A DNA stretch of 64,000 nucleotides, from NCBI RefSeq assembly GCF_022539665.2, contig NC_081331.1, positions 682,001-746,000 of the forward strand, given 5' to 3'. Source of the stretch: Daphnia carinata (Eukaryota). This document shows, one piece after another, positions 36,800-49,218 of this stretch (position 1 is its first letter; every line of letters starts with the position of its first letter). A model generated the notes under the pieces. The model was not told the origin of the DNA and searched no databases. It saw nothing but the letters and a program-made list of their open reading frames with translations. Made by a program: the position numbers and the translations under genes.

Positions 36800-39301
36800 T
36801 TAAGCTTTGGCGGGAGCCGCAGGAGTTGCAGCTGCAGCAACCGGCGTCTTCGACTTCTTTGTAGGACCCATGAACTGGGCTTTGTCGGCCGGAGTTTGGA
36901 ATCGACCGTGACCGAACTTGGACGAGGTATCGATGAACTTCAATTCGATCTTCTCCAAGGCAACACGTTTGGCGCTGGTAACCAAAGCCTGAAGAACAAA
37001 CCAAGAACTGTTAACTCTAACCTTGTTGAATTTTCTACTGGTTATTTTTCTAAGTTGCCTCAGTCCTATCATTAAATTTCACGCGGTTCTCATACAATAA
37101 ATTGGCTCTATTGTTTATCATCATCGGCGCTAAGATAAAAGTAGACCAGAAGATAGCTCACCTTACGAAGAGTGATGACACGCTTCTTGGGTCCCATGCA
37201 GCATCCCTTGATCATAACAAAGTCATTGTTGACTTCACCATAGTGGGGGAAACCGCCCATAGGAGTGATCGATTTGTCTGTCAGATCATACTCAGTCGAG
37301 GCATTGTTCTTGATGACCTGTAATTGCAACAAAATTTTAATATGGTAAAATTTAAAAAAAAAAAAACTAGTTGCTGGAGCGGTGTAGCTAACCGAGGTAA
37401 TCCACCGAAGCATTTCAATTACTACGGTAGAGCATAAATGGTCAGAACCTTTACTTTACGAGGACCTCTAGCACCGGAATGCTATGCATGGACATACCGG
37501 TGACTCTGAGGCTCGAACACTAAAAGAAACCAACGTACCTTTCCCTTGCGGGTGTGGATACCCTTGCCGATACGGTAGATTTTTTTGTTCATCTCCGTAC
37601 GATGATGGTAACCCTTCTGACCAGCGCGAGCAACTGTGTACTGGACACGGGACGGATGCCACGCACCGATACAAGCGACCTTACGGAGACCCTTGTGGGT
37701 CTTGCGTGGAAGCTTACGAGTGTGCCAACGAGAAGTCACACCTGAAGTACAAAAATATTACTGAAGATAATGAAATAACACATTTTGCTACGTAATGGCC
37801 GTGAACGATCAAAAGGAAGGCAACTTGATTTCAACATGGTACTCTGACAATGCTATTTAAGCAGTTCTCATCATCTCAAACAAAACAAATGTTTCAATAT
37901 TTAGCAAATAATTACCCTTGAATCCTTTGCCCTTGGTTACACCAATAACGTCAATCATCTCATCCTGAGCGAAGACGGACGTGATGGGAACGGTCTTCTC
38001 CAAGTGCTGACGAGCCCAATCAACCTTTTGAGGGATAGTACCTCCGTTGAGTTGGATTTCCATGATGTGGGACTTCTTTTGACGTTGACGAAGAAGTTTC
38101 ATCTAAAACAAATAGATTTTTTAAAACAGCTCATTCGACATTTCTTGAACAATTTCGTACCTGAGTGTGAGCGATGACGCGGATAACTTTGCAGTAACGC
38201 TTCATAGCCTTCAAATCCTTCTCAATCACTTTCTTGCCCAAATCATCTTGCCACTTCTTTGAGGCCTTGGTGAATGCCTTCTTTTTAGATTTGTACCTTG
38301 ATAGTAAACAATCATTGTAAAGAGAATCACATGGGGACAAGCCTCATCAGTCAAACTGAGAGGAGACTAGGAACCCATTTAGATCCAAAGCTCATGGACA
38401 CGCAGCCAGAGGAGCTAAAGAATTAATGAGCATTTTTTTAAATGAAAAGGAAATAAGAAAGGCCATCAGATCGCCCTAGTTCAAGCATAGTTTGTCTTCA
38501 AGCTTAATGATAAGCTCAGGAACCATTTTGAATCATCACATGACCCTCCTTACACCTTCTAAGAAATTCATGTACCAGTTCTTGTAGAAGCGACGACGGC
38601 AGTCTTCACCAATGTGCTCAGCCCAGACGGTCCTCAAAGCACGAAGACCCTTTGGAGTAGCAACATATCCAACAATGCCCACAATAACCATGGGGGGTGT
38701 TTCCAGGATGGTGACAGCCTCAACGACTTCCTTCTTGTTGACCTCTGTAGAAAGAATCATTTGTTAAATTTGAAAATGTGAATGCAAGGTAACGCAGAGC
38801 AGGAGAAAAACTAAGAGACAACGTACTAGATCCTGGCTTGTCGCATTCACGAACAATGTGGGTCATGCCAGCCTTGTAACTCAAGAAAGCTGTCAAGTGG
38901 ATTGGTTTCTTAGGATCATCGCGGGGGAAAGACTTCACGCGACCACGATGACGACGGGCACGCTTCTTGGGGTAGAACCCCATAGAGCCATGACGGGGCG
39001 CGCTAAATTTCCGGTGAGACTAATGAAAAAACAAATTCTTAGGTAAGGTTTTCTAACAGACGAGTGCATGGTCGAGGAAAATGCACGTTAAGACAATGTA
39101 ATGGAATGGATGTTGCTACTCAGAAAGGTTCTGCAAAGTAATCAAATGGACGAATGCTTTTTAAAACTTCTAAGTTGTTTAATATTAAAAAGAACCTTCT
39201 CAATCACAATATAGACATTTTGACGTATTTAGAATAACCATTAGTCCGATGTTTGGAGATGAAACATGGAAAAATACTTTTTAAAACACGCAACTCACCA
39301 T
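36800..39301 (-). CDS. RPL3: 60S ribosomal protein L3 (uL3)
   Basis: ATG-only first coding exon (39301-39299), then [101 protein letters not shown]. Confidence 0.98.
37057..37128 (-). ncRNA. Box C/D snoRNA in the last RpL3 intron
   Basis: gccgATGATGA...ATGA (D')...GTGAAAT (C'-like)...AATGATAGGA-CTGA-ggc with a GCC/GGC terminal stem. The D guide is complementary to conserved LSU rRNA UCCUAUCAUU (recalled, not searched). Confidence 0.75.
37380..37516 (-). ncRNA. Box H/ACA snoRNA in an RpL3 intron
   Basis: Hairpin 1 (CCTC/GAGG, CACCGG/CCGGTG), H box AAAGTA, hairpin 2 (CTGACC/GGTTAG, CTACCG/CGGTGG), ACA followed by 3 nt; about 137 nt. Confidence 0.7.
37804..37879 (-). ncRNA. SNORD83: Box C/D snoRNA, SNORD83/snR52-like
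   Basis: ATGATGA (C)...CAGA (D')...TGTTGA (C')...TTGCCTTCCTT-TTGA (variant D). The guide is complementary to conserved 18S AAGGAAGGCA; vertebrate U83 carries the same guide and sits in RPL3 introns. Confidence 0.8.
38461..38545 (-). ncRNA. Box C/D snoRNA in an RpL3 intron (target not identified)
   Basis: GGTCA-TGTGATGA (C)...CTGA (D')...TGAAGA (C')...CTGA (D)-TGGCC, with a 5-bp terminal stem and an internal GCTT/AAGC stem between D' and C'. Confidence 0.75.
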
Positions 39302-39314
39302 GCTGTCAGACGCC

Positions 39315-39366
39315 GGAAAAGATCGGAATACAGGAATTAAGAACGGTGACGAAGGAGTATATATAG
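39315..39366 (-). promoter_or_regulatory. RpL3 core promoter: TCT/5'TOP-type start (CTTTTCC) and upstream TATATA
   Basis: Minus-strand CTTTTCCGGCG about 20 nt before the ATG, typical of ribosomal protein genes. TATATA about 40 nt further upstream. Confidence 0.6.
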
Positions 39367-39901
39367 CTTTACGGCAAGAGCTCAACCTGGTTGCCAGATA
39401 AATTTTGATGTACCTTATGCGCAATTTAGAATCAAAAAGAAAGTCAGAAATTCAAAAACAGGACAAATGAACAATTGAAGAACAACCTAAATTATTAAAA
39501 ACACCAAAAAAATTTAAACCATTCTAAAGAAGCTTGAGATACAATTAATTATGCTTAAACCGAAAAAGACGCACACCACGCACTGGGCGCATATTTGAAT
39601 ATTTCTGTTTTTTATTTCACAACTTCGAGCTCATAATACAAATATCATAATACTGAATATTTAATGTATTGTTGGCGTATTGTGAATATATTTCTAATAT
39701 TTATTTTACGTGTTTTCCTTTTTATTTTCACCAACCATAAATCCGTAATCCAAGGTATTAAAACCTGGCAAACTAGCACGGAAAGTGATGGCCGACTTGT
39801 AGTCGTCTGTCACAAAAACTAAGGAATAATAGGGTTATAGCTTTGACAACAATTCATAAATATATCGTTATTGTTTCGCTATTAACCAATCTTAAGCAGA
39901 A

Positions 39902-40663
39902 ATGGAAGATCCTCCATCATTAAACGGGAATAGCAATTCTTTCGTGGAATTTATGAAAGCAGTGTATCGCACTGTCGATCGTCCAGTTACCTGGTTCAGA
40001 GGTAAGATTAAAATAAAGGAAATAATAATCCTTAATGACTTAATTTTGTTAACAGCTATCTATTTTTTTCACCAGAAACGGTTGTTGTACCTAACCGCCC
40101 TGATCATGTCTATTATCATCAAAAGTTTCGACGAGTCCCCACTATTGATGAATGCTACACAGATGATATGGTGTGCCGCTTTGAGGCCCAACAGCAATTC
40201 AACCGTGACAAGTATGTTCAAATATTTATAACACATACATCAAACTGATAAATTTGAAATGCAGGTTAGTGGATGGTGAAATTGTGCAGCTTGTGCGTCA
40301 GCGCTACAAGGAGTAAGCTGAAAAGTTTAACTTTACAAACTAATTTGATGCTTTACTTTGGGGTATTTAACACATATCTGCTTGTGTAGGTGTCTCATCA
40401 GTGAGCAACCAGATCACACAAGAAAATGTGCTAAACTGCTGGCTGACTTTGAAAAAGTTTCTGAAAATTTCTGCATGAAGTGTGAGTATTTGCTCAGACA
40501 CACTCATCTTTTTCCCTTATTCAGTTTTATTTCGTATTTAGATGCGGACCTCGGCCCCTTCAACAATGTCAAGGATGCCTACATGAAGCAAAAACACCGC
40601 ATGTTGTGGGAGAGGAGGCACGGAAAAGTTGGCACCGGCATGAAGAATCAAGATGGCCTTTAA
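39902..40663 (+). CDS. NDUFB10: NADH dehydrogenase [ubiquinone] 1 beta subcomplex subunit 10 (PDSW)
   Basis: Five exons: VDRPVTWFRE, YYHQKFRRVPTIDECYTDDMVCRFEA, LVDGEIV, CLISEQPDHTRKC, YADLG...KDAYMKQKHRMLWERR. Confidence 0.95.
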
Positions 40664-40875
40664 ACAAAAGATGGCTCTCCGTTCAATTGTTGGATAGCTA
40701 TATCTGTGTAATGGTCGCAATGTAAACAAAATAGAATGAGGAACTACATAGACGGTTAACTGAAGTAGTAAAGCTTTTGAAACAACTTATTTTATTAATA
40801 TCCGTTTATTGATTGAAGACAAATCATACACAATATACACTCAGGATGGGAGACAATGTCAAAACGGTTAATGTG

Positions 40876-43800
40876 TCACAATGGAGTTTGCTGATAAACG
40901 CTCGTCAGATCTCCAGCGAAGGCGACTTTGCGTGGCATAGTCGACGCTCTGTGAATACCAGCGACGTGTTTACTAGCTTCGCGCATCTTTGGCCTGTGAC
41001 ATGTGGCGTAGTGAATTTGGCAAGTGCAGTCTCGCCCTTGTTGCATAGTAGCATCGCATTCCGTGTTGTTAATATGCATGGGACTGGGCCTGTTTCCCGC
41101 GCCGGCAGCAAGAAACGGCGGTACATCCGGATCTCGATCAAATTCTTCGTGGAGAACAGATCGGCCATGCCCCATAGTCAGCAAATCGCAATAGGGCACG
41201 TGCATCTACAATTAAAAACAGAATAAAGAGATTGCTGTTTAAAACTCGGTTTCTATGACATTCCCGAAAAATCCGGACTTACAATACGTTCTTGAATCTA
41301 AACTAGTTTCTATTTGTTCTCTTCTTTTTTTTTTCCAGACAATTATAATCCATATCGGACACGAAAGACGGAAAACAATAAAAATAAAAAGAGCGAATGG
41401 AACAGTGTATTTATTCGAATCCCCCTCCCCCCCACCCCCCGGAGAAGGCTGTCACAGCTTTTATTGTTTTGATGCGCTTAAAATACTGAGCTCCGTTTTG
41501 GTTTCTTTTTTTTTCTTTTCTCGACCGCTTGCTGCCCCCCCCCTTATGTCTTCAATTTCTTCTTCGTCTTCGAAAATAAGGACAACAGAAACGAGTTGGT
41601 TAAACTGACGAGTGCCACAAGACTCTATTTTGAGTCTACCAAATCGTGCAAGCTCTACATAAGCACAAAGACTGGTAGTAAATAGGAGAAGGGATTTACT
41701 CTAAAACCCCATTCACAGTCATTTGCGTTTGGCGGGGGGGGGGGGGAGGAACGTGGGAGGGTAATAAATTCCCCAGCAAATATCGCGAGCGCATGCAGCT
41801 GCACTTGTGAGATGACAGAAGATGGACGTAAAAAGAAATAAAGATCGGGCAGCAACTATCTATTTTTAAAAGGCTCTCCAAACCGATCTAGTTGCAGCAA
41901 ACTAAAATTCGGCGGTTCATATTTGATACGAGCAAGTGTGACATCATTTAGACGTATACATTTCATTTTTCTCGCGAAAAGATTCAAACTTTTGCGGAAT
42001 CAAAAGCGGCCCACGACAAATACCATGCCATCCAGCCGATCTATAGATTACGAGTGCTGCTCTCGGTACTAATACAACTAGCAGTGTTCAAACTATAATA
42101 TTTAGACTGTATGCATACACCCATACGCACTGTACATTTAGAGAGGAAGTAAAGACCTCTGTTTGATGCTTAGTGTGTGGAAAAGCAAGTTTCCGGGAAT
42201 TGTTGTCGGAGACGACAGCTGTCGTAGAGACTCGTAAATAATGAGACACACCGCGTAGAAAAGACAGTCCACCCCCAGTTCCCTGGCTAACGATTCGTGA
42301 CGATCGTATCCCCCCGCCCGTCCCTTAACGTAAGCAAGAACTCCCAGCGCCGTGCAATATCACGAGCAATTCACGAAAAAGAAAAGGTTAACTCACATGC
42401 AAGTTGAAAGAGCTCCAAGAACACAGACGGTAATTTTCTTTTTTCTCAATCAGAAACACTTTCAACGCAAATAGGAAAAGGCAAAAAAAAAAAAAAAAAA
42501 AAAAAAAAAAGAAAAGAAAAAGGGCTTAGATACAAACAAAAATCCTTTGCAGCTATAGAACACACTCAACGCCTCTTGTCTATCACTTGCTGGTAGGAAA
42601 TCTTGTTCTCTTTGATTTGTTCTTTACATCGAAGACTGTTGGAGCTGAAAAGATATAGAAAAAGGGGGAAAAGAGATCAATAGAGAAGAAAGCAACGAAT
42701 CGGAAGCTACAAAAATATAGACGGGAAAGGCAGGGCCGGCAATCACAGCAATGGCTTCGGGAGTTTCTTTTTTTTTTTTTTTTTCTTCGTCTTTGTCAAT
42801 CAAAAGCGAAACGAGAGGGAAGAAAATACGATTAGATGTTGGCATTACAGGCGCACGAAGAGTGGGCGCGGCGGCTCAGTAATTGGAAAACGAGACATGG
42901 GAGAAAAGAGAGAAACCTTTGATGGGGAAAAAAGAGCCTTGATCATCTGCTGGCGTATTTTCAATTATCGGCTGAATATACAGAGACGACGAAGTCACTC
43001 ATGAGCGTTATGCTTTTATCAATGCAAACATTCAAATGCCCGTCAATCGTTCCGCTTGAACTCGCCCACTTTGCCCCTTTTCCAGAACGAACACAAAACA
43101 CAAAAAAAAAAAAAACTTCATTTTCAACTACACCCACCTGTTTGAATTTCTTTGAACGATTAACATTCCGCCACAATGTTTCAAATGATCCAATTCCTTA
43201 CGCTAACGATTTAGAAAAAGATTGAAAACATACTTGTTGGTTGTGATGGTGCGTGACGTCAGCGATGGCTGAAGACGTCGGACTGGGAGCTTCGATCGAA
43301 CGCTTTTCCATCATCATTAGAAGCGAAGCGGAAGAGAGCGGTGAAGTTTGGATGCCGATTTCTTTGCTAGAAGAGGATCCGCCGGATGACGGGCCTGCGT
43401 TGGTTGTCATCAGCAATTTAGCGGATGAAATGGCTGCGGCTTCCGCTGCCGCTCTAGTCCGACTGGCCCATTTGAATATGTGCGTGTGCAAAATGATGTA
43501 AACGGCGGCGGCTAATTCGGAGGCGACGAACGCGGCCAGCGCTGCGTAAAATGACCAACCGTAGCGGAAGGATGGAACCAACGCGGCGGAGACGAGTCCG
43601 CTACTTGCGGCTGATTGTCCTGCCGTCGTCGTCGCAATCGTGGCGGTCAATAAGCTCCTGCTGTCCGAGTACAAAGCACTTCCAGCAGCTGGTCCAGCTG
43701 CTGCTTCTCCTCCGTTATAGGAACGCTGAGATAAAGAGACGGATGGCCACCCAACCGAGTGGCGCGATGATCGCAGCGAAGGCAGGCTGAACTCCTCGTG

Positions 43801-46800
43801 CAGGACGGACACGAAGATGATCAATCCGCTCCCGAGAGACAAGCCTAATCATTTACAAAGACAATAAAAAAAAAAAATACGGCCATATTTTTTTAGATTG
43901 CCATGAGATGAAATTACACAATGTGGATAATATGGAGGTGGACGTGTGCGCGTCTACATGCGCAAGACTGAGGGAGTAAATGATTAGACAGGGAGAGGAG
44001 AGCAATCTCCCGATGCATAGGGGTTTACTGTCATAGAAACAAATGCTCGTGCAGTTAAGTGTCCATTCTGCACGCGTTCGCAACGAACGAGACTTGCGAT
44101 AACAAAGGCGATTCATTATCATCCATGAACTATACGTTATAGCTTTAAAAGTGATGTAAACTTGATGCCTATCGTTTTTTAAAAGCCAAATTTAGATTGA
44201 GTGGAACAACAAGAAAACGTGTTTCGTTTCACGTTTCTCTTAATATGAGACGGGTGTCACGCAACTCGATCACGACGTCAAGTTGTTGTGTATTTACTCG
44301 TCGCCCGATATTACATGCAAGTCTAAACACCAGCTGAAAACTAGGGGAGGGGCTTTATTTTTATTTTATTTTATTCTATTTTATTTATTTTTATTTTTTT
44401 AACAAAAGTAGGGCAGACACGCGACGCCGGTCAAAACACAAACATGCAGCAAAATGATTCAACCATCCGCGCCGAAAATGCACATCCAAGCGGGAACTCG
44501 ATCGATTTCAAACGAAACGACTTGAGCCACCATTTTTTTTTTTTTTAACTCTCTTTTGTTTTTTTTTTCTTTTTGAAATGGAACAGTTGAATTGAATCCC
44601 CCCCACCCTGGGGGGGGGGGGGGGACCCCAGAAAAATGTAGTCGAAATTTTTTTTTTTTATGGGCTTGTTTAGCCTTTTGGCGGGAGCGTTTGACGACGA
44701 TGATGCAACGAGCGGAAAGAGAAGAAGAAAAAGTTGAAGAAATAAAAGGAGGAAACTAGCTGGAAATAATAATAAAAAAAAAAAAAAAAAAAGGCAACGA
44801 CGTAAAACCCGAAAAAGGACGGGCGTACAACAACACATTACACACAGACATGCTATACTTGCGTTACGAGCGTCAATACAAAACGAGAAGATTTAGTTCC
44901 TACTTAAACACAAAAAAGGAATAATAAAACCGGAGGATCGAGTACACCCACGTTTTACGTTCCCTTTTTTTTTTTTAATGAGGCCGCGAGGGAGTGGCCG
45001 ACAAAAGATTTCCTACCCTGAAGATTAGGATTTTTTTTTTCTTTCATGAACATTTCCCCTATTTCTAAGCTACGCTATCTTTAGACACATTACAAAAAGG
45101 ATATTTTTTTTTTGCTTTCTGTTGTTGAACGAACGTTCGCATTGCCGTGCGCAATCGTCACGTGAACGAGTTTAAATATTAAAACTTAGATTTAGCACAT
45201 GCGTTGCATAACGCACAACGGCGGATTGCAATTGATTGTGGCATTGACACACACGCGCTGTTCCTTTTATTTGTGTCGCGCATTTCTCTTGTGTTTGCTT
45301 TTTTATTCAATTAGAGTGCAACAACCCACGGCTGTTTCTATATAAGAAGGAACAAAGATCAAGGACAAACTAACGCTGCGTGAGCAAAATGAAATTTCTT
45401 TCGTAACTCACAACGTCGTCATCGCCCACCGTCTGTAAGCAACTTAATGGAGAATGATAGGACAGCACCATGGCGCTACGTAACTGCTCTGCAAAGGGTG
45501 ACGTTAAAAGAAAAAGTCTGATGACATCAGAAAAATGGAAATCCTCTGCGGAAAATGTTGGTTTCATACTGAACGCGTCGTGCCCTTCTCGTTTATAACG
45601 CAATCTCTAAATGAATAATTGTTATTGATGAAACAGCAACAACCTGCCCTGTGCGCACCCCTTTTTATCGATGGATCGGATTGGCCTGGTTTGTATTTTT
45701 TTTTTTTTTTTCAAATATTTGTGACGGCGGATTTGAATCGATACATATTTCGTGCGATTGGGGAAGAGGTTTGGATTTTCTTAAGATTAATTATCGTACC
45801 TGCTAAAATGTGTAATGAGCTGCAAATCAGAGTTCGATCGGGACCGGTACAACGTCCTCCAATGGCGATGATGACAGCCACCAATCCAATGAAAGTGCCC
45901 AGCATAAAACAAGGTGTAGCGTACCTAATTTCAGGAGGAAAGATAAGACAAAAAAAAAAATAAATTCGATTAGCGAAAGGAGATTGTACAGGTCCCTGTC
46001 GGTCCATCCATCGGGTCCAATAGCTAATTAAAGCCATCGTCTTAGTTAAACAGATGTACGATGCATGGAACAATGTGAAATGAGGCCGAAAACGTGTGCC
46101 GTTAGCAGAATCCCTAAAATTATAAGCCAACTATTGTTAATTGAGTCTCTCCTGTACGTCCACTGGCAATGGGACGGACATGTGCAACCGCAACGCGTGT
46201 TTGACTAAATGAAGGTGGAGAAAGGAAAGAAGGAAATCGATTGTGATATTTATTAAGGTGACGCAAGCTTTCGGTTATCAGCCTTTGCCCGTTGGATTAC
46301 CAATGCACTGTTATCAACCTTGGATATTTTAGCTGTAATTAGCACGACATCCTTAATGACCAACGGCTGTTTCATTCACGCGTGACACACAAGAGATGAA
46401 TTCAAAATTGCAGAAATATTCATTTCGTATTTATATCTATCTATATATATATACAATGTCCGCGTTCCAATTACCTGAGTTTGTTGAGGAAATCAGGTGT
46501 GTATTCAACGTTCCTCCATAAGCGGAAGCTGAGGCCAGTCAATGGCCGCCAGTTGATGTATTCGAGCGGAGCGCACGGCAAATTCGGCAACACTGCAAAA
46601 TCATACAAAAAAAAAAAATTACAATCAAGGTTTACTTTACGCCCATCCAATTAATTTACTACATAAGAGTATGCAACGTGTGTTTCAGTTCTTTTGGTAG
46701 ATAGCAAACGATGACTTTTTGCATCTAGACGCAAAGAAAAGGCTTTCCGCACGGCCGCATTCATCTTCAATTAGACATCGCATTCGACAATGTAAAATTG

Positions 46801-49168
46801 AAAGGGAGGCAAAAAAAAAAAAAAAAAGACAGCAAGAAATGCACGTCTATGTCTAACCACGAACACGACTCTCATCTTCACTTGGTATAATTTACAAAGC
46901 AGCCAAAAATTGCCTTCATCTTTTATGCGTCAAAATTGGTATTCTACTGAAGGCGGCCGGTTTCGTGTATGCTTCGTAAAACAGACAGCAGGACAATGTT
47001 ACGTGTACGTTCGAAATGTTATCTTTGATTTTCCTAGTGCCAACACATCTACCGCCCCCACGTCAAAGAGCCTCGATGTTCTTGTTTTACTTGTTTGAAT
47101 AACTTTTGTAGTCAACCTACGGACTGCATGAAAAAAGAAAAATCACATCAAAAGACGAACGCGTTGCGCAGTTTGAATTTCAAAATCTTCACGTTCGTGA
47201 AAAAAAGGTAAAAAAAAATCTTTCGGACTGAGGAAAAAGAAAGCGTGGGATTTTCACAAACTAATCCACGTAAAACGACGTGTATTAACGAACGCACGGT
47301 TGAGTTGAATGAAACTCGACTGTATATACGTCATTTGCTAACTTATAGTTTCTATGTGCTGTCCTTCTACTTTCTCACTGCTCAAGTTGGGGGGAGAATG
47401 TTGTAGCGGACACATACCACTCGATCATGTAGTTTGGACATGTGTATACATAAGACGGCTGTACGTGATACATAAAAAAGGGCGGTAACCTACTAGCCGA
47501 GCTACACACTTTCCCCCTTTTTTTTTTCTGGAGGGGGGTTGGTCACAATGACGGTCAAATATTAACATCTGTATATACTAAACTATATATATAGTGGTTG
47601 GGTTCCCCATTTTTTCCTCACTCTCTTTTACGTCTTTTTCTTTTAACGCGTCTTTACAACTGGCTGTCGTCCCTATCTCATCCATCATCGTCTTCGTAAG
47701 TTACGTCCTGAAATTCGCGGATGCAACTGTAAAAAAAAAAAAAAAAAAAAGAAATCCGATACATAAAAAAAAAAGTATTGTTGCTGAAACCCCACGTGCT
47801 ATTGTGCGATGTGCGTGTTAAGTAGACAGTAAAACCCTTTTTTATGTGGCCGCTGCGAGAAGCAAGACAAGGCATTTGCGGTAGCCAAAACACACAGACA
47901 CACACACACACACAAAAAAGGACAGACGGATAAACAATCGTATATAAGTATATAAACATCATTTTTATATAGAGCTTGTTTTTTGTGTGCTGTATATTGC
48001 GATTGTGGCGTCGCTGGTGCGATAGTAAAAACGAAAAAAAAAACGCACGCGCCAATAAAAACACGGAAATTAAAACGAGCCAATAAAAAGATGAAAAACG
48101 AGAAATGAAGATGGTGTTTGTGTGTGTGTGTGTAAATATACAGCGATATATACACACACACACACACACAACAGGGCGCATATAAAACAAGCGGCACTAT
48201 AACGCTGTATATGATGAAGCCTTCAAACCAAACACCTCGAGGCTATCTTTGCGCATACACATCAGCTAGACTGTTGAGCTATGTTTCCACCGGGGAACGA
48301 AACCCAATCACCTTTTTATTTATTCGTATTTCTGCCCCCCTCCCCCCCTTAAAGCATATTTTTTTTTTCTCCTCCCAAAATTCTCAAATCAGATGGTATA
48401 AAGCGCACCACAAAACATACAAACACACAAAGGGGAGGTACGGGTGGAATGATCAAAGCTGTGCTGGCTGACGAACGATAACGACCTTTCTCACCGAATT
48501 CAATCAGCGCGCACACACCACATCCGAATTGCAGCAACGATTTGCTCATGAATGAGTTTCTCTCCCCCACAAGGTGAAATAAATAAAAAAAAAAAAGAAA
48601 GAAAAAACATTCATGTATACAGAGAAACGCCATCAGCATACACATACACACACACACACGGACAGATTGACGTCTCACATACTCACGAACGCAGTCCATT
48701 GCTACAGTGACAGCTGCATTTGCAAACGAGTTAAAACATGGCTAGCACGTCTGCCAGTGTTTGAAAATGAAATCCGAAACGAATGAATTGATGAACGACG
48801 TAACGAACGTAACGCAACGACATTTCGAGTTGTTATTAGTACGAACGCTTGTCAGTTGAAAAACAAAGACTTGTGCGGCAAGACACACACACACACACAC
48901 CGCACAATGTCATGTGTGTGTGTGTGTGTCTTTATTGGGTATGAGAAGAAAATGCTATTCGCCCAGCTGCTGCTGATGCGTCTTCTTGGGAGTGGGGAGG
49001 GGGGATAAAAAAAAAAAAACTTTCCGTCGAGTGCTAATTAAATTCCCGGTGAACGACACGACTGATCGTGGCAGCCGCCCTTTTCTCTTTCAATCTTATA
49101 CATATAAAGAAAATCGCTTTTCGTCTGCCTATGTTACAAAGGAAATCCGTTAGGGCAAGCATTTCTTT

Positions 49169-49218
<50 letters not shown>

